Below are positions 37,621 to 50,114 of a stretch of 64,000 nt of DNA, one piece after another. Source of the stretch: Trichoplax adhaerens (taxonomy: Eukaryota; Animalia; Placozoa); NCBI RefSeq assembly GCF_000150275.1, contig NW_002060943.1:7448066-7512065 (forward strand), read 5' to 3'. Below the pieces are notes generated by a model. It searched no databases and had not been told where the DNA came from. It saw only the letters and a program-made list of their open reading frames with translations. The stretch's first letter is position 1. Every line of letters starts with the position of its first letter. The translations under genes were made by a program, and so were the position numbers.

Positions 37621-38909
37621 TCCAGGTATACGACAAAATTAGCAAATAGATTGATGGCAGACTCTCAAAGCCTGTGTAATAAGACTAATATTTTGTTTTT
37701 TTATCATAAATGATTTACAGAGAGCTGATCGTAATAACTGCAGTCTAGAAAATGGGAAGAACATTGACTAAATGGGGGCAGGTACAAATGAGGGAAACGT
37801 GAACTCATTTATACGACACGCGTGCTCAATTCGTATTAGTAAGTATAATTAAAGATTAAAATAATTAATTAAATTATTAGGGTTAATAAGCAGCTACAGT
37901 AATTCTTTTCTATTATGATTTCACATTCAAGTAGAAATTAGTTATTAACAATATATCGACTATTTTATATTCATTCTTAATCATCCAGGTTCCAATGATC
38001 GTGATATACCTCTATAGATTAATTTTTCATATGACTCAAGAGATCACCAAATGACTTTTAATCACGTTCAAAAAGTAGACATCGTTTTAATTGAGGTATT
38101 ACCTACCTAATTTATCTCATAGATATCGCTTCAATTTAGCCATTACTCACCTAATACGTACTGTGAATAATATTTAATCAAACCTAAATTACACCATACA
38201 ATAGACGACGAGTTACTGTAGCATGATAGTACGAAATACTACTGCAGATCGATTTTTTTCTTCGAGAACTGCAAGAGAGGTAATCGATGTTTCTTTGCAC
38301 AGCTTTACATATGTACAAATGAATATCAGGTCAATTATAATTGTCTAGATTTCATCTAGTTCGTTATTATGTACATTATGGGGGTGAGACAATTATGCTC
38401 GTAGAATTTTATAGTAAATGATTTGAAAGGATTCCACTTTAGTCCAGCTGTCTTTTTATCCTGTATAGTATACTTAAATTTTACTGTATTGAAATATGGA
38501 GTTTTTCGACAAGTAAATTCAATTCTTATGATCATATACATTGTAGATACCAGGTACATATATTACAGCGATCACGGCATTTTCTTAATTCTGCATGACG
38601 CGTAATGACATGCTGCTGTTTGCTAGTACGGAATGCTACAATTAATAAAGAGATTTCATACTTTACTATTTGGGGATTAACATCTTAATCAAGCCTACGG
38701 ACCAAAATTGACTATAAGACTTCTAATTCTACTACTACATTTTCCAAATAATTTATAATGACATGCTACTGGAATAATAATGGAATGCTGAAGCAAATAA
38801 AATCAATAGTTGTATCTTATAATCATGCTTTAATAAAATGAACAATATTTCAATCAAAGCATAATACTTTTACTGATATGTAACAAGATGCTGCCATACG
38901 CCTCTCATC

Positions 38910-39112
38910 AAGTCAGTGCTCTTTGTATAGTGCCGTGAGACACTGCTTCTCAGACATATTGAATGCAGCAGGAAGTAAATGCATTTCTCGTAATTTTTAT
39001 GATAATTAGCTAAACAATATTTGAAAATTCTGGCTTAACTCAAGAACTTTTTTAAGCCACTTTGGCTGCTGAGAATTGATTACATGGTTTAAAAAGCAGA
39101 CAAGGCATCAAC
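38910..39112 (+). mobile_element. Possible decayed pogo/Tigger (CENP-B-type HTH) transposase fragment
   Basis: 39062-39109 translates LAAEN*LHGLKSRQGI, resembling the CENP-B HTH end motif FxASxGWLxxFKxRxGI with TGA at the Trp position. Frameshifted ISRNF...LAKQYLKIL lies upstream. Confidence 0.3.
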
Positions 39113-41049
39113 TAAGGTATGATTTTGTATAACGTAAAACGAAGCGTACGATCAATGGAACACAACGCTAACTAGATGAACTTTTGTCTTTTTAATATCT
39201 CGACTAATTTTATTTGATATCAATAAGGACTCAATATATCTAAACAAGAAGGTCATGAATTAGAATATACCTTTTATTTAACAATGGATGGGTAAATTCC
39301 GCAGTAACTGTTATCATAAAGGAACTATACTACAATTATACTAGGTTACAGTCTTACTTTAGTAACAAAAATGTAATTAAAGATTAATTATAGACACTAA
39401 TTTAATCCTTATTTAAACCTTTATTTTGTTTAAACACAGTATAAATTAGCTTTAGTTAATTTCAGACATAAATTCAAGATTTATGAGCATTACTCATTCA
39501 TTCCGTGTAATAAAGAAATATGATCTTAGAACTTCAGAGAACTATACCCCGCATTGCAAATTAATTGCAAGGATAATAAGACATAAAGTAATACATGTCA
39601 TTTATACAATACTACAAATTGAACGAATTAAAATCACAGCAGAAGGTTACTTTTCTGTGAGAAGGATATCGATTTCTAAAATATACGGAAATATAAGCCA
39701 ACTTTATTTAATCTTTGTTTAGACATATGTGCTGAGTGATTAAATATTTCCTAGCAATTTAGTTTGTACATCTTTTGATCTAAATCTGAGCACTTTTATT
39801 TTACACAACTTTTCTTCCAGGAAGACTGGAGTAGAAGATTTTATCGATTTATTTCCTGCAGTATTGTTATTAAATATTTTATTTTACATAAGTTACTAGC
39901 TTTTGCGCTTCTATTAGATACCGTAGTTGTGAATTAATTAATCTAAAACAACGGTAATTAGAAGATGATTTTATATGCTATGGATAATGGCGTAGAATAG
40001 GAAATTTAAAACCCTTTTACATTGCGTTTATTCTTTCCTACAGGCGTAAAATATTCATGAAAAGTGGGTCTAACATGCAGACATTCTTATTCTAATATCA
40101 AATAATATGACTTCCTGACCATGAAAAGAAATTTAGCTATCCAAGTATTATATAACTACTTATTATAATAAGTTTTGTCTACATAGCTGGTAAATTGGAA
40201 TAGTTTATAAGATTTCAAATTATTCTGTTATTAATTTGACGCTAATTAAAACCTTAACTTTATCATTATTAAATTGATAGAGATTTACGGTTACTGAAAA
40301 CGGAAATTCGTGAATTGCAATTTCTACTATAAAGCAATTTATATTAATAAGGTCATATCAAACTTACAAAGAGTGATAGTAGTTGCAGAATCGAAACTAG
40401 CTGTATTGATAATATATATAATTGATATCAGAAATCGAATTACATTTACCAAATATTGTCGCTTTAAATATGCTATTATCGATTAATACTTTATTCAATA
40501 ACTGGATACATTCCTTCCCTTTACTGAAACATATGAGAAATTGTAACAAAGTAAATCAATTTTCATGTTGAATTCATAACTTTGATCTAAAGTAGGCAAC
40601 AAAAATACTATTTAGCTTACGTCCGCAAAAGCTCGCTTGGGTGATTTGCAAGACTAATTACCGAACTGTAATAATAAAAGCATTCTTGATGTAGTTATCA
40701 TAATTCGACTGTAAAAAAAAGCTGTCAGCCAATTATTCATCCTTGATTTTATGGAAGATAATGTTGTAGATTATAATGCAATTAGGATCAAGTATCACAA
40801 AGATAGGCTAGTACGCAGTCTGTCGATTATAGATGCCCTGTATTATAATAAAAATTTACATTCTAAGAATTATTTTAATTTCTTAACTTAACCTTATTGC
40901 ATTATCAGTTGATTAATAACGAAACAAAAAAGTGAACAAACAGATGCTAACCTTTATATTAAGTACGGTCTTGAAGATATACCGTACATGTTATACGCAG
41001 TTTTGAAATTAAAAATGTGAAACTGACGCAATTATAATTACCAGTTTTT

Positions 41050-41690
41050 CAACGATTGAAAATTAGGCGAAAATCTCATCTAATTTGAATAACTAGAATT
41101 ACTATAGGTATTACTCTAAAATGTCCAACGCTAATCTAGATCATATATCACAGTATAGCACTACGTTAGAATTACGAATGAAAATCCCATTTCGCGACAC
41201 CAGCTTTTAAAGCAGTGTATTCTATTTGCGTCTTTTCGATTGATAATTGAAAACTTAGATTTCATCGAATCTGATTAATCAGAATTAGTGTAGATGTCTA
41301 TTTTAAAGTATTGATGCCTAATCTATGCTTGACATTAAATAGCTAAATTCGTTTTTCTATGTTTTTCAATGATGATTGAAACCGAAGCTAAAATCTTATC
41401 GAGCCAGCTTTATCAGAATTAGTAAAGATGTCTACTTTAAATGTCCAAGTGAAATTAATTAATTATTTAAAGTGAGGAACTAATCTATTTACGACCTGGT
41501 GAATGATAGATAATTGCAACATTGGGCTAAAATCTCATCTAATACGATTTGTTAGAATTAGTGCAGATGTCTAGTTTAAAAATTGCAAGACTAATTCATT
41601 ATTGAAAGGATAAAACTAGTGATTTAAAATTACGCTAAAACTACATCAAAATCCGATTAATTAAAAGCAGTATAGTGTCTACTTTAAAAT
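41050..41690. repeat. Degenerate array of a ~70-bp core (5-6 copies) with variable spacing
   Basis: Core GAT(A)ATTG...CTAAAATCTCATC...AGAATTAGTGTAGATGTCTACTTTAAA at ~41055, 41242, 41371, 41509 and 41621. Confidence 0.7.
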
Positions 41691-43998
41691 TGATCATCCT
41701 AATGAATTTTTACTCACCCTAATTGCTTGTCAAAATATTGATCAAAACATCAAGTACCATATGCGCGATAACTGAGTTTCGTAAACGGTCATTACTGTAT
41801 GTTTATTAAAAGCATTATCTAGGCTACCGATTTTTTAAGTTGAGGTTTATTAACGATTTTATAATAGTATATCACGATATAATCTCTAGCAAGAATAACC
41901 TAATAATTAATTCTGAAAACTTAAATTGCCACTATTGAGTTAATCTATAATAAGCAAAGACGATGGCATAGCACATAATACTCTTGATAATTTGCAACTA
42001 GGCATTATTTCTGCTAGGTTGGACAATTTTTGTCCGTTATTTATTGCATTACTATTTGAGCTACGAATAAAACGTGAGAAGAAAGTTGCTCCTTTTTTCT
42101 TACTAGACTATTAATGCAGGAAAAAATCCGCTATACAATCGAACACTAAGCTAAATGAACAATGTTTTAGCATTCTTTACAACATGAATATCGCAATTGC
42201 ACAAATACGCTCGAATTCGTAAGCATTTTAGAGGGAATACATCGTAGTAATAGCCATTTGATGCTATGAATAACCGATATACAGGGTGCGATAGTTGAGC
42301 ACAATCATATGTGGTACGATTGCTTTATACCTACACACAAGACAGGTTTGCTTAGCTATTACCAAAACCGCAACTAATAATTTGCAGAGAAAATACTTAA
42401 GGTAACGGCATTTCTCTTACGAAATACTACCATAAGGCATAACAATCAGATCGTAATCCTCTACTATAGGAAATAAAATCATTGATAATTCGTATTACTT
42501 GGTAGAATTTCAGGTGTAAAGAATGAATCTATCTTTAGCATACCGCTGTTACTAATATCTGTGTATGCAGTTGGACAATCACAATACACATTACAACTAT
42601 TTATGGATCAACAGTTTAGTTCATTCTTGAATATTTGTCTTCTTTTAGGAATGACCCCTTAATATCGAATTTACTTTAAATGGTAACTGACTAATAACAA
42701 AACTATTAAGGTAATAATGCGTGGTGATCACCTTTGCACATGGTGACAACTATTAGCAAGGTAAAATAAAGGCTATAACAACATATTAAGGAGGCCTGCA
42801 GCTATTTCTAAGTGGTCGTGTATCTTAGTGATACTAGAATAGCTACATAAATGTTAAGCAATGGAATGCATTATCAGACATTTAATACTGGGTAGATTGT
42901 GCTTGAAGCTTAGAAAATCAAATAAATTGACTGCCATGGTTATTAATAGCTTTATTTGTCATCATTGAATATAGCAGCCAATTTGAAGCAATTTACTCAA
43001 CATTTGTTTAATTCCAGCTGTTTTATACGGGATGCTATTAAGGGAATAGATTCGTCGCTTTGCTTTTATTCTTAAACATGATCGTCTACTTGATGAAATA
43101 AGCAGATGACAACAACAGTCTGTTCTAAAATAAGCACCGGAACTCTTCAGATGTGTAGCTATTTGAGTTGATTAGTAATTCTGAATTTGAATCTAGACTG
43201 GATTAACAATGATACCTCATCCCTAATCATTTACAAATTAGCACCAATCAATAAGATTATATATTTCATTTCAATCTTAATTAGAGCCAGCAATGATAGT
43301 AATTAGAAACCGGACGTGATAAATCGCTTAATTAGATGATTCAGTCTTGAGTATTAACTACAAACATTTCGCATCCTTTAAGCTGAACTTAACAAATATA
43401 ATTCAAAATGTAATCATAATATACAGTAGCAACTACTAAAAGTCAATCCTAAAATTCAACCTCTTACTTGATATATTTTTGATTACTTTGCCAGAACTGC
43501 TTGACTTTTAATTCGTACTGTACGCATATTCATGTTTATGCTATCGTTACAATTTATGTTGTTGTTTTATATGCAAGTACTCGAATAATTCTATTTGCTA
43601 TTAGTATGATTCTCTTTGTCTAATTCTATCTATCATTTCGTAACTAGAGTAAATAAATTAAATCAATTTAATTTAAGTATGCAAGAAAAATTAATTATTG
43701 TTCTAGACATAAGAGGGTTCTTTTAAAAGGTCGAAGCTGACTCATACCTTATAATTCTAATTTAATCAACAATAAACTACTTGCTATTTGTAAATTATCA
43801 AAAGATTGACTGTTGTATAATTAAAATACATTGAATTTGCATTCACCTCATAAACTACGTAAAATATCTCAATGACGTGTAAAAAATTTTTAAAAATTAT
43901 CAGTCAATCTATATTGACAGTTATTGTTTCTAAGACTTGCCGTAGTTAATACGTGAGGTTATGTTGATTCTAACAGACAACATCATTCATCTATCAAG

Positions 43999-44034
43999 TA
44001 TAAATACCTGACCTTTCTAAATTAACGTTCATTT
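43999..44034 (+). promoter_or_regulatory. TATA box + initiator core promoter of the ependymin-related gene
   Basis: TATAAATA at 43999-44006 and an Inr-like TCATTT with its A at 44031 (32 nt spacing). A second TATAAAAG lies at 44074-44081. Confidence 0.5.
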
Positions 44035-44118
44035 CGTAAATACCTTACGGTGAAATCACTTCAACAGTATATCTATAAAAGGAGCCTAAAAATAAATCGT
44101 TACCTTTTTAGAATAAGC

Positions 44119-45499
44119 ATGAAGCCCGTCTTATGCTACGTAGTCGTTGCCATTTTCTGTTTGACTTTTATAGCTCAAAATGTTTCAGCTTGTTGTCCAC
44201 CGGATAAATTTGAAGGTTTTCGTTATCAAAAAATGGTTGATATCTCAAATAACGATCCTTACCCACAAGTAGGAATTGATGCATTACGATTTCATTACGA
44301 TTTTGAAAATGAAAAGACATTGGAACAATTCTATTTCAACGGAAGATTAGTGACTCAAATAACCTTATACCAAAAAGTAAAGCTTATGTTATATTTGCTT
44401 AATTTTAATGCTTTAAAATGAGATGTTTATGTAATCATTCATTACCCTAACATTTGTATACTTATTTTTGTCCTAAAAATATTAGGGATTAAGGTATAAT
44501 ATCCTCAAAGGAAAATGTACATTTTTTGAAATTAGTTGGCCCCTTCGTCGACGTTGTCTACCAAGTAAGGCAAAATTATTTTGTGTATCTATACGTATAT
44601 ATATTGTAACGTTTTTTATGACACAGTTATTAATTGTTATACGGCTTGGTAAAGTGAAAATTGTGATAATTTTAAGCAAATAAAAAGCTAGACTGTTATT
44701 TAATTCTATTTAAATTGTGTATCAATAGCCCAAAAAATTATATAAAAAAAATTTAGCTAAGTTTTTAAAAAATCAGGATTATCCTAAACCTTTTAATGCA
44801 GAGAAATTTTTAATAAATTAATTTAAGTAATATATAGGTGTGCTTGCTAGAAATATCTGTATGTCATAAATAAGATGTTCTAATACTATACTGTAATGTG
44901 ATCCATTAATTGCTAATAAATATCAACTTTAAAAATTGAAGTTGCATAGTAAAATGAGATATATAAAAGGAATACAAAATTTAAAATTGAAATAGTTCAA
45001 ATAATAAGGGAAGAGACAACTCAAATCCATTTCTTTAAAATTTTTTTCATTTTATTACAAAATTTGTACTCATTATAGTTGCTTTCTTTTAATTACTTAT
45101 CCAAATTTTAACAATTTTTTTGGTATAAAAGTTACTATATTGCGTAAGATTGTATTTTAAAGTAAGCTAATAAAAATATTCTTATTGTAAAAAATAGAAA
45201 ATGCCCGATTTATTGGATCGATGTCGATTGGTGATCAGCTTATGGACTACTATGAATCTGTTTATGACAAAAATTATGCTGTTATTGAAGAAATCGTTAC
45301 ACATAAGGATTGCATACCTATAACTAATATCACTGTGATGAAAAGTTTCGTTGACAGCATGGCAGCAGTTACTCAACCAGGAGCATTCGATATTCGAATT
45401 TTCGCAAATGTTACCGTTGGCATCAAAGATCCAACCATATTTGACCCACCTACTGAATGTCAACGCGTAGTATATCCGGTCATAACTTCACAGCAGTAA
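44119..45499 (+). CDS. Ependymin-related protein (EPDR family), secreted, 212 aa
   Basis: Exons 44119-44376, 44486-44564 and 45198-45499 splice in frame. A signal peptide (MKPVLCYVVVAIFCLTFIAQNVSA) is followed by the ependymin-family pattern CCPPDKFEG...YDFENEK...KCT...CLPKNARFIG...DCIPI...FANVTVGIKDPTIFDPPTEC. Confidence 0.88.
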
Positions 45500-46525
45500 G
45501 ATGGATCAGGGTCAAATTAGAAAAATAACAGCATATTATGCGATAAATTATGACTAGTTAATCCGATGAATAGAATATAGCAATACGTTTTACAAATAAT
45601 TATTTCATGATTATTATCTATTCCTGAACCTTAAACAATTTGGAAGTAGTAATGATGTCAGTATGCTGGAATATCAATAAAACTTCCTATCAATTATAAC
45701 TAATGAATTTACGACTAGTAATTTTAAGTTTAAGGGTAATTATAGGTAATCACTAAAAAGTCTTTAATACGCTTAAGCGCTACCACAACTGAGTATGAGT
45801 CGTACTAGAAACATTCTTGAGGATTTATTGCTCTCAATAAAATGAGCCTTTAAACTGCGATCCAATTTTCTTAATTTATTGAAAAGCCTGATTGACCATG
45901 TACAGTAAATCGAAATCGATATCAAATAGCTTAACTATCCAATTTTGTAGTATTTAATCTAAGTAATACACGTCATATTCATTAAAATTGATCAATTTAT
46001 TTATAAATTGAATGTGGTTGAATGACGTATTATACCTACCATTACAAGAATGGATAAAAAGAGTTAATGAGTTATATACAATAAGTTACAGTATAATTAG
46101 TATCAAATAGCGCTAGGATAACGTACAGTCGTACGAATAGCAACGAATTTACTGATATTATATACTGTTTACTTGTGAGAAAGAAGAAAAATGAGAATGG
46201 CTGGAAAAGCCCAATAGATGATTAATAATTAAATAATAATTAACATGGAATTGCAGTACATCTATCTACAGAAGTAAACAAATAGATTATAACAGCAATC
46301 AATCAGTCAGCCTGAATACGTGATACAGCATACTGTACTCTTTTATTTACAAGAATCTTCCGGATGTACGCGTATCAGACGTTAAGTCAATCATCACTGT
46401 GGTTCTAATAGTCTGTACTATACACAGTACATTTACTACAGGATGCAGCGAAGGAGAAAATCGCTAATGTGACAACTAATGCACAATTTACAAAAATTAA
46501 TTGATATTTTAATCTAGTAACAATC

Positions 46526-48530
46526 CTAACTGGATCGCAACCGTTTTAATTTGGCAAGGGTAGACCTCTTCAAAAGTGTTTTGTTATTTTGTAGAATCTG
46601 ATAGAGTAAGTCAGTATAGGGTATTATCTGTTCTTTATAATTATTAATAATATTGATTATAAGGGTAATAAAATTAGTTGATGATGCCATATCTAAAGCA
46701 TTTTGATATAGTATTGATAATAATTCTAATATTGTTTTCGAGTCGAGTTTAAGGCGCTTTTGAATAATACCTTGGATAACGATATAATGATTTTCATCCC
46801 ATTTTGATTTATTGGTGTTGTTATGGTGTTTTTGGATAATTTGAGTTAAGAAATAGAAGCAATTATCTTGACTGAATGATGTTTCTATTAATGTTTTGAT
46901 TAATTCTACTTGTGCAGGCTGAAGTTCATTATTCCATAATTGCAGACAACAACCGTCTATAAAAGGTTCTGAATATCGTTTTAAAAAGCATTCAATGCAA
47001 TAGAAAAGTTCGCGAGGAGCTGAACTATTTAGTACTGACAAGTGTGGATAGATGGATAGTTGACAAAAAATACGACAGTTGTCTAAGTTTGCGTTGAGAT
47101 GATGATAGCAGTATAGACGGGAAATGGTAGCCAATTTTTCTAAGCTAACCTGATTCAATTGAATTTGTTGGCATATTATTTGCATTTCATCAAATGAGCT
47201 GGTAAGAAATGAGATGAAGCTGTCCTGATAGTCAGGTTCATCCATTTTCTGGATCAAAATTTCGTTTTCATACATTAATAATTCTTTTAGTTTTTCGCAC
47301 ACATCACCGATGTTTGACCTAGCGACACTGTCGTCTTCTGCCTTGTTTATGGCAATCATAGTCTCTTGATTACTTCTTTTGCTATCATTATCTTGACTGT
47401 CTACATCACTATCCATCGTCGGAGCTTTTCTTTTATGTGACGTAGTATTTGGGAATGGGTTCCCTGATAATTCAGCTTGAAATTTAGCATCGGTTTGTAG
47501 AGGTTGATTGTAAGCAATCACTGCAACCTCTCGATCATGATAATCACTATTATTAAAACGGTCTGGAGTACTTCTACTAGTTTGATCGCTTGCATTGAAT
47601 TGAACAGAATCGCTGTGATCCATGTTGTCACGGCTAGCACCATCTACAGTCCGAATATCATCAGTAGTAGAATTAAGCAACTGTATTTGAGGACCAACGG
47701 TCTTTAAAGTATTACAAATTTGAGCTGAGTCATTTTTAAAGTGACTGGATAAACAGTTCTTTTCCATTTCCAACATTGACATTGTTAAATAATTATTGCT
47801 CGAGGAAAGAGTTCTTTTGTCAATATCACATTTTAGCATCCGCACGAACATGTTACTCCAGCTATCCGTTAGATGATGCTTGTTTAAAGAATCGACCAAA
47901 TGAATTAAATACTCTGAATGAACAGCGTAATAATGACGATGGATATAATATAAAAGGCTACGTTGGACATGTAATGGCAGCCAAAGTAGGACCGGCAGGC
48001 TAAATGTATATGAATAAATGAATGAATAATAGAATGAATCAATTCATTAGACGGGTATGCATACTCGTATAAGCCAATACTCGTACGTACAGTAATTTCC
48101 AATTCTACGTATATTATTCCTGCAAAAGTCACTCCATCAATGCATTTCATTTGTAAAAACCTTACTGAACTATTTGTGTATAGAACTAAAAGCTATCGTT
48201 ATACCGTATAAATTGCTCTGCATTTCTCCTCTAGTATCGTGAATTTTAAAATATTGTTGTACAGTGGAATCATTGGTTTTACCTGTGCGATTGAGGACAT
48301 GCAGGATGTTGCATGAGTGCTTTCACTAGAGCATTCCAGTCCAAGCCTGTTTTATCGTGATATTCATTTAGCCATTTTTCGATTTCATTACTGTATGGAG
48401 AATTCTTCTCGGCTGAATACGAAAGCAACTGATGCCAGGGTTGAGGAAACTGATTTAGGATATCTTCAAGGCTGACGATATTAGCCTTGACGTTTGGATT
48501 CTTATCGTCTCTTGCAATAGAATGGGACAT
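46526..48530 (-). CDS. FANCE: Fanconi anemia group E protein homolog, ~573 aa
   Basis: Exons 48283-48530 and 46526-47999 (donor AG|GTAAAA, acceptor TTTAG) join in frame with the 457-aa ORF. The N-terminal WNALVKALMQHP...LPVLLWLPLHVQRSLL resembles FANCE WGRLLEALCREEP...LKPLLLRLPRICQRNL. An acidic/basic linker with HKRK follows. The C-terminal helical domain ends NNKTLLKRSTLAKLKRL (cf. FANCE NTTFLRKSLKAALKHL). Similarity was judged by eye. Confidence 0.8.
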
Positions 48531-48852
48531 GCCGACAATGCAGTATACTGATATACAGTACAGTAATAATCCGCTCGGTCCTATCACTGTTACTCAAGAT
48601 AACTGACCATATTGACTGTTAGCCTAATCCACAAATGGATCGATTACACGATGATATTGGCCATCAGAGACGATTTCCAACTGGCCCAATGGCGATGAGC
48701 TTGATGAAATAAGATGGGGGGAGGGAGGGGAGGGCAAGGTCTCAGACTCTCCATGGCTACTGAGTGTAGTGTCTACAGTGTACAGTACATCTTCCGATGG
48801 ATTGAAAATACTGTACTGTACTGTATTTTCTGCAAGCTGTGGACTGTACCTT

Positions 48853-48864
48853 GCAGCCATTTTG
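48853..48864 (-). promoter_or_regulatory. YY1-like motif upstream of FANCE
   Basis: The minus strand reads CAAAATGGCTGC, matching the YY1 core AANATGGC. It lies ~330 bp upstream of the FANCE ATG among TACAGTA-type motifs. Confidence 0.35.
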
Positions 48865-48909
48865 GTCAATATTAAATAATGAATTAATTAATTAATTCAA
48901 TAAACGTGG

Positions 48910-49482
48910 AAAAAGACAAACAAGATATCACAGGCTTGCAATAGACAGAACAGTGCTGTAAGATATTGTTATGGCCAGGTAACTGGCATGCAGAGCTCAA
49001 TACAGTATCTATTTTTTTCTTTTCCGATTTCCCGGTGCAAGTGCTAGAGTACGTGCATTGAGCTACTTGTGCTATGTTGCACGCCATTAAATAAATGAGA
49101 AAAAAAGACAAACAAGATATCACAGGCTTGCAAATTGCAATAGACAGTACAGTACTGTAAGATGTTGTTATGGCCAGGTAACTGACAAGCAGAGCTCAAT
49201 ACAGTATCTATTTTTTTCTTTTCCGATTTCCCGGTGCAAGTGCTAGAGTGCGTGCATTGAGCTACTTGTGCTATGTTGCACGCCATTAAATAAATGAGAA
49301 AAAAAGACAAACAAGATATCACAGGCTTGCAAATAGCAATAGACAGTACAGTACTGTAAGATGTTGTTATGGCCAGGTAACTGACAAGCAGAGCTCAATA
49401 CAGTATCTATTTTTTTCTTTTCCTATTTCCCGGTGCAAGTGCTAGAGTGCGTGCATTGAGCTACTTGTGCAATGTTACACGC
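48910..49482. repeat. Three-copy tandem repeat, unit ~192-200 bp, directly upstream of FANCE
   Basis: AAAAGACAAACAAGATATCACAGGCTTGCAA at ~48910, 49102 and 49302. The copies are highly similar. Confidence 0.95.
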
Positions 49483-49627
49483 TCATTGACGCCTGTTTAC
49501 GATGGATTAAGTTTTACACAGTGGCGTTAGCAGGCTTTCTGACTCTCATGGCGTACGTTGACTAGTATTGACAGTCAGGGGGGAGGACTTGTAGGAAGAG
49601 GAGAAAGAGCTGCTTTCTCTCCTGATT

Positions 49628-49955
49628 TGCGTGATACTATAGCTTGTAAAATTGTCGTCCGACTCCTGCTTGCGGACAGAGACGACGGACGGATAATCGG
49701 ATCAGTTTTAGCCAGTCGTGCGTGATACTGTAGCTTGTAAAATTGTCGTTCGGCTCCTGCCTGCGGACAGACGAAGCAGACGGATGGACTCATTTGCCTT
49801 GATAGGATTGATTTCAGTTTTAGCGTGTCCGCGATACTGTAACTTGTAAAACTGTCAGACCGAGCGGACGGATGGATCAGTTTTAGTCTGTCGTGCTTCA
49901 TACTGAAGCTTGTCAAATTGTCGTCACTCGGACGAGGCAGATGGATGGACTCCGT
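49628..49955. repeat. Degenerate GC-richer repeat, 4 copies of a GATACTGTAGCTTGTAAAATTGTCG...GACGGA(C/T)GGA unit
   Basis: Core at ~49633, 49724, 49833 and 49900. Confidence 0.8.
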
Positions 49956-50114
49956 ATTTGGCTTGCTAGGATGATTGCTATTGTACACAAGGTCATTGAA
50001 TGGCCAGACATCGTCTAACCTGGACTACAATCAAATGCCGACGAGAAATCATTTTGTCTTGCTAATGTAATTTTGATGGCCTTGTATAGCAATAGGGACG
50101 ATCCAATCCATTTT

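Noticed and set aside
41050-41690. CRISPR-like repeat-spacer appearance
   Set aside because: The context is eukaryotic, the repeats are ~70 bp and degenerate, spacing is irregular and there are no cas genes.
44486-44564. Apparent frameshift in exon 2 of the ependymin-related gene
   Set aside because: Recounting (TGG CCC CTT CGT CGA CGT TGT CTA CCA A|GT) shows the exon is in frame and phase-compatible with exon 3. The gene is intact.
48884-49322. Two near-identical Cys-rich ORFs resembling small secreted peptides
   Set aside because: They have GTG starts and simply reflect the ~196-bp tandem unit, whose period does not keep a continuous frame. There is no independent coding evidence.
49519-49534. 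CAGTGGCGTTAGCAGG, resembling a hAT-MITE terminal repeat
   Set aside because: I did not find a matching inverted terminus nearby.
49575-49988. 137-aa minus-strand ORF
   Set aside because: It has a non-ATG start, lies on a GC-richer degenerate repeat and shows no recognisable domain. It is probably a by-product of the repeat.
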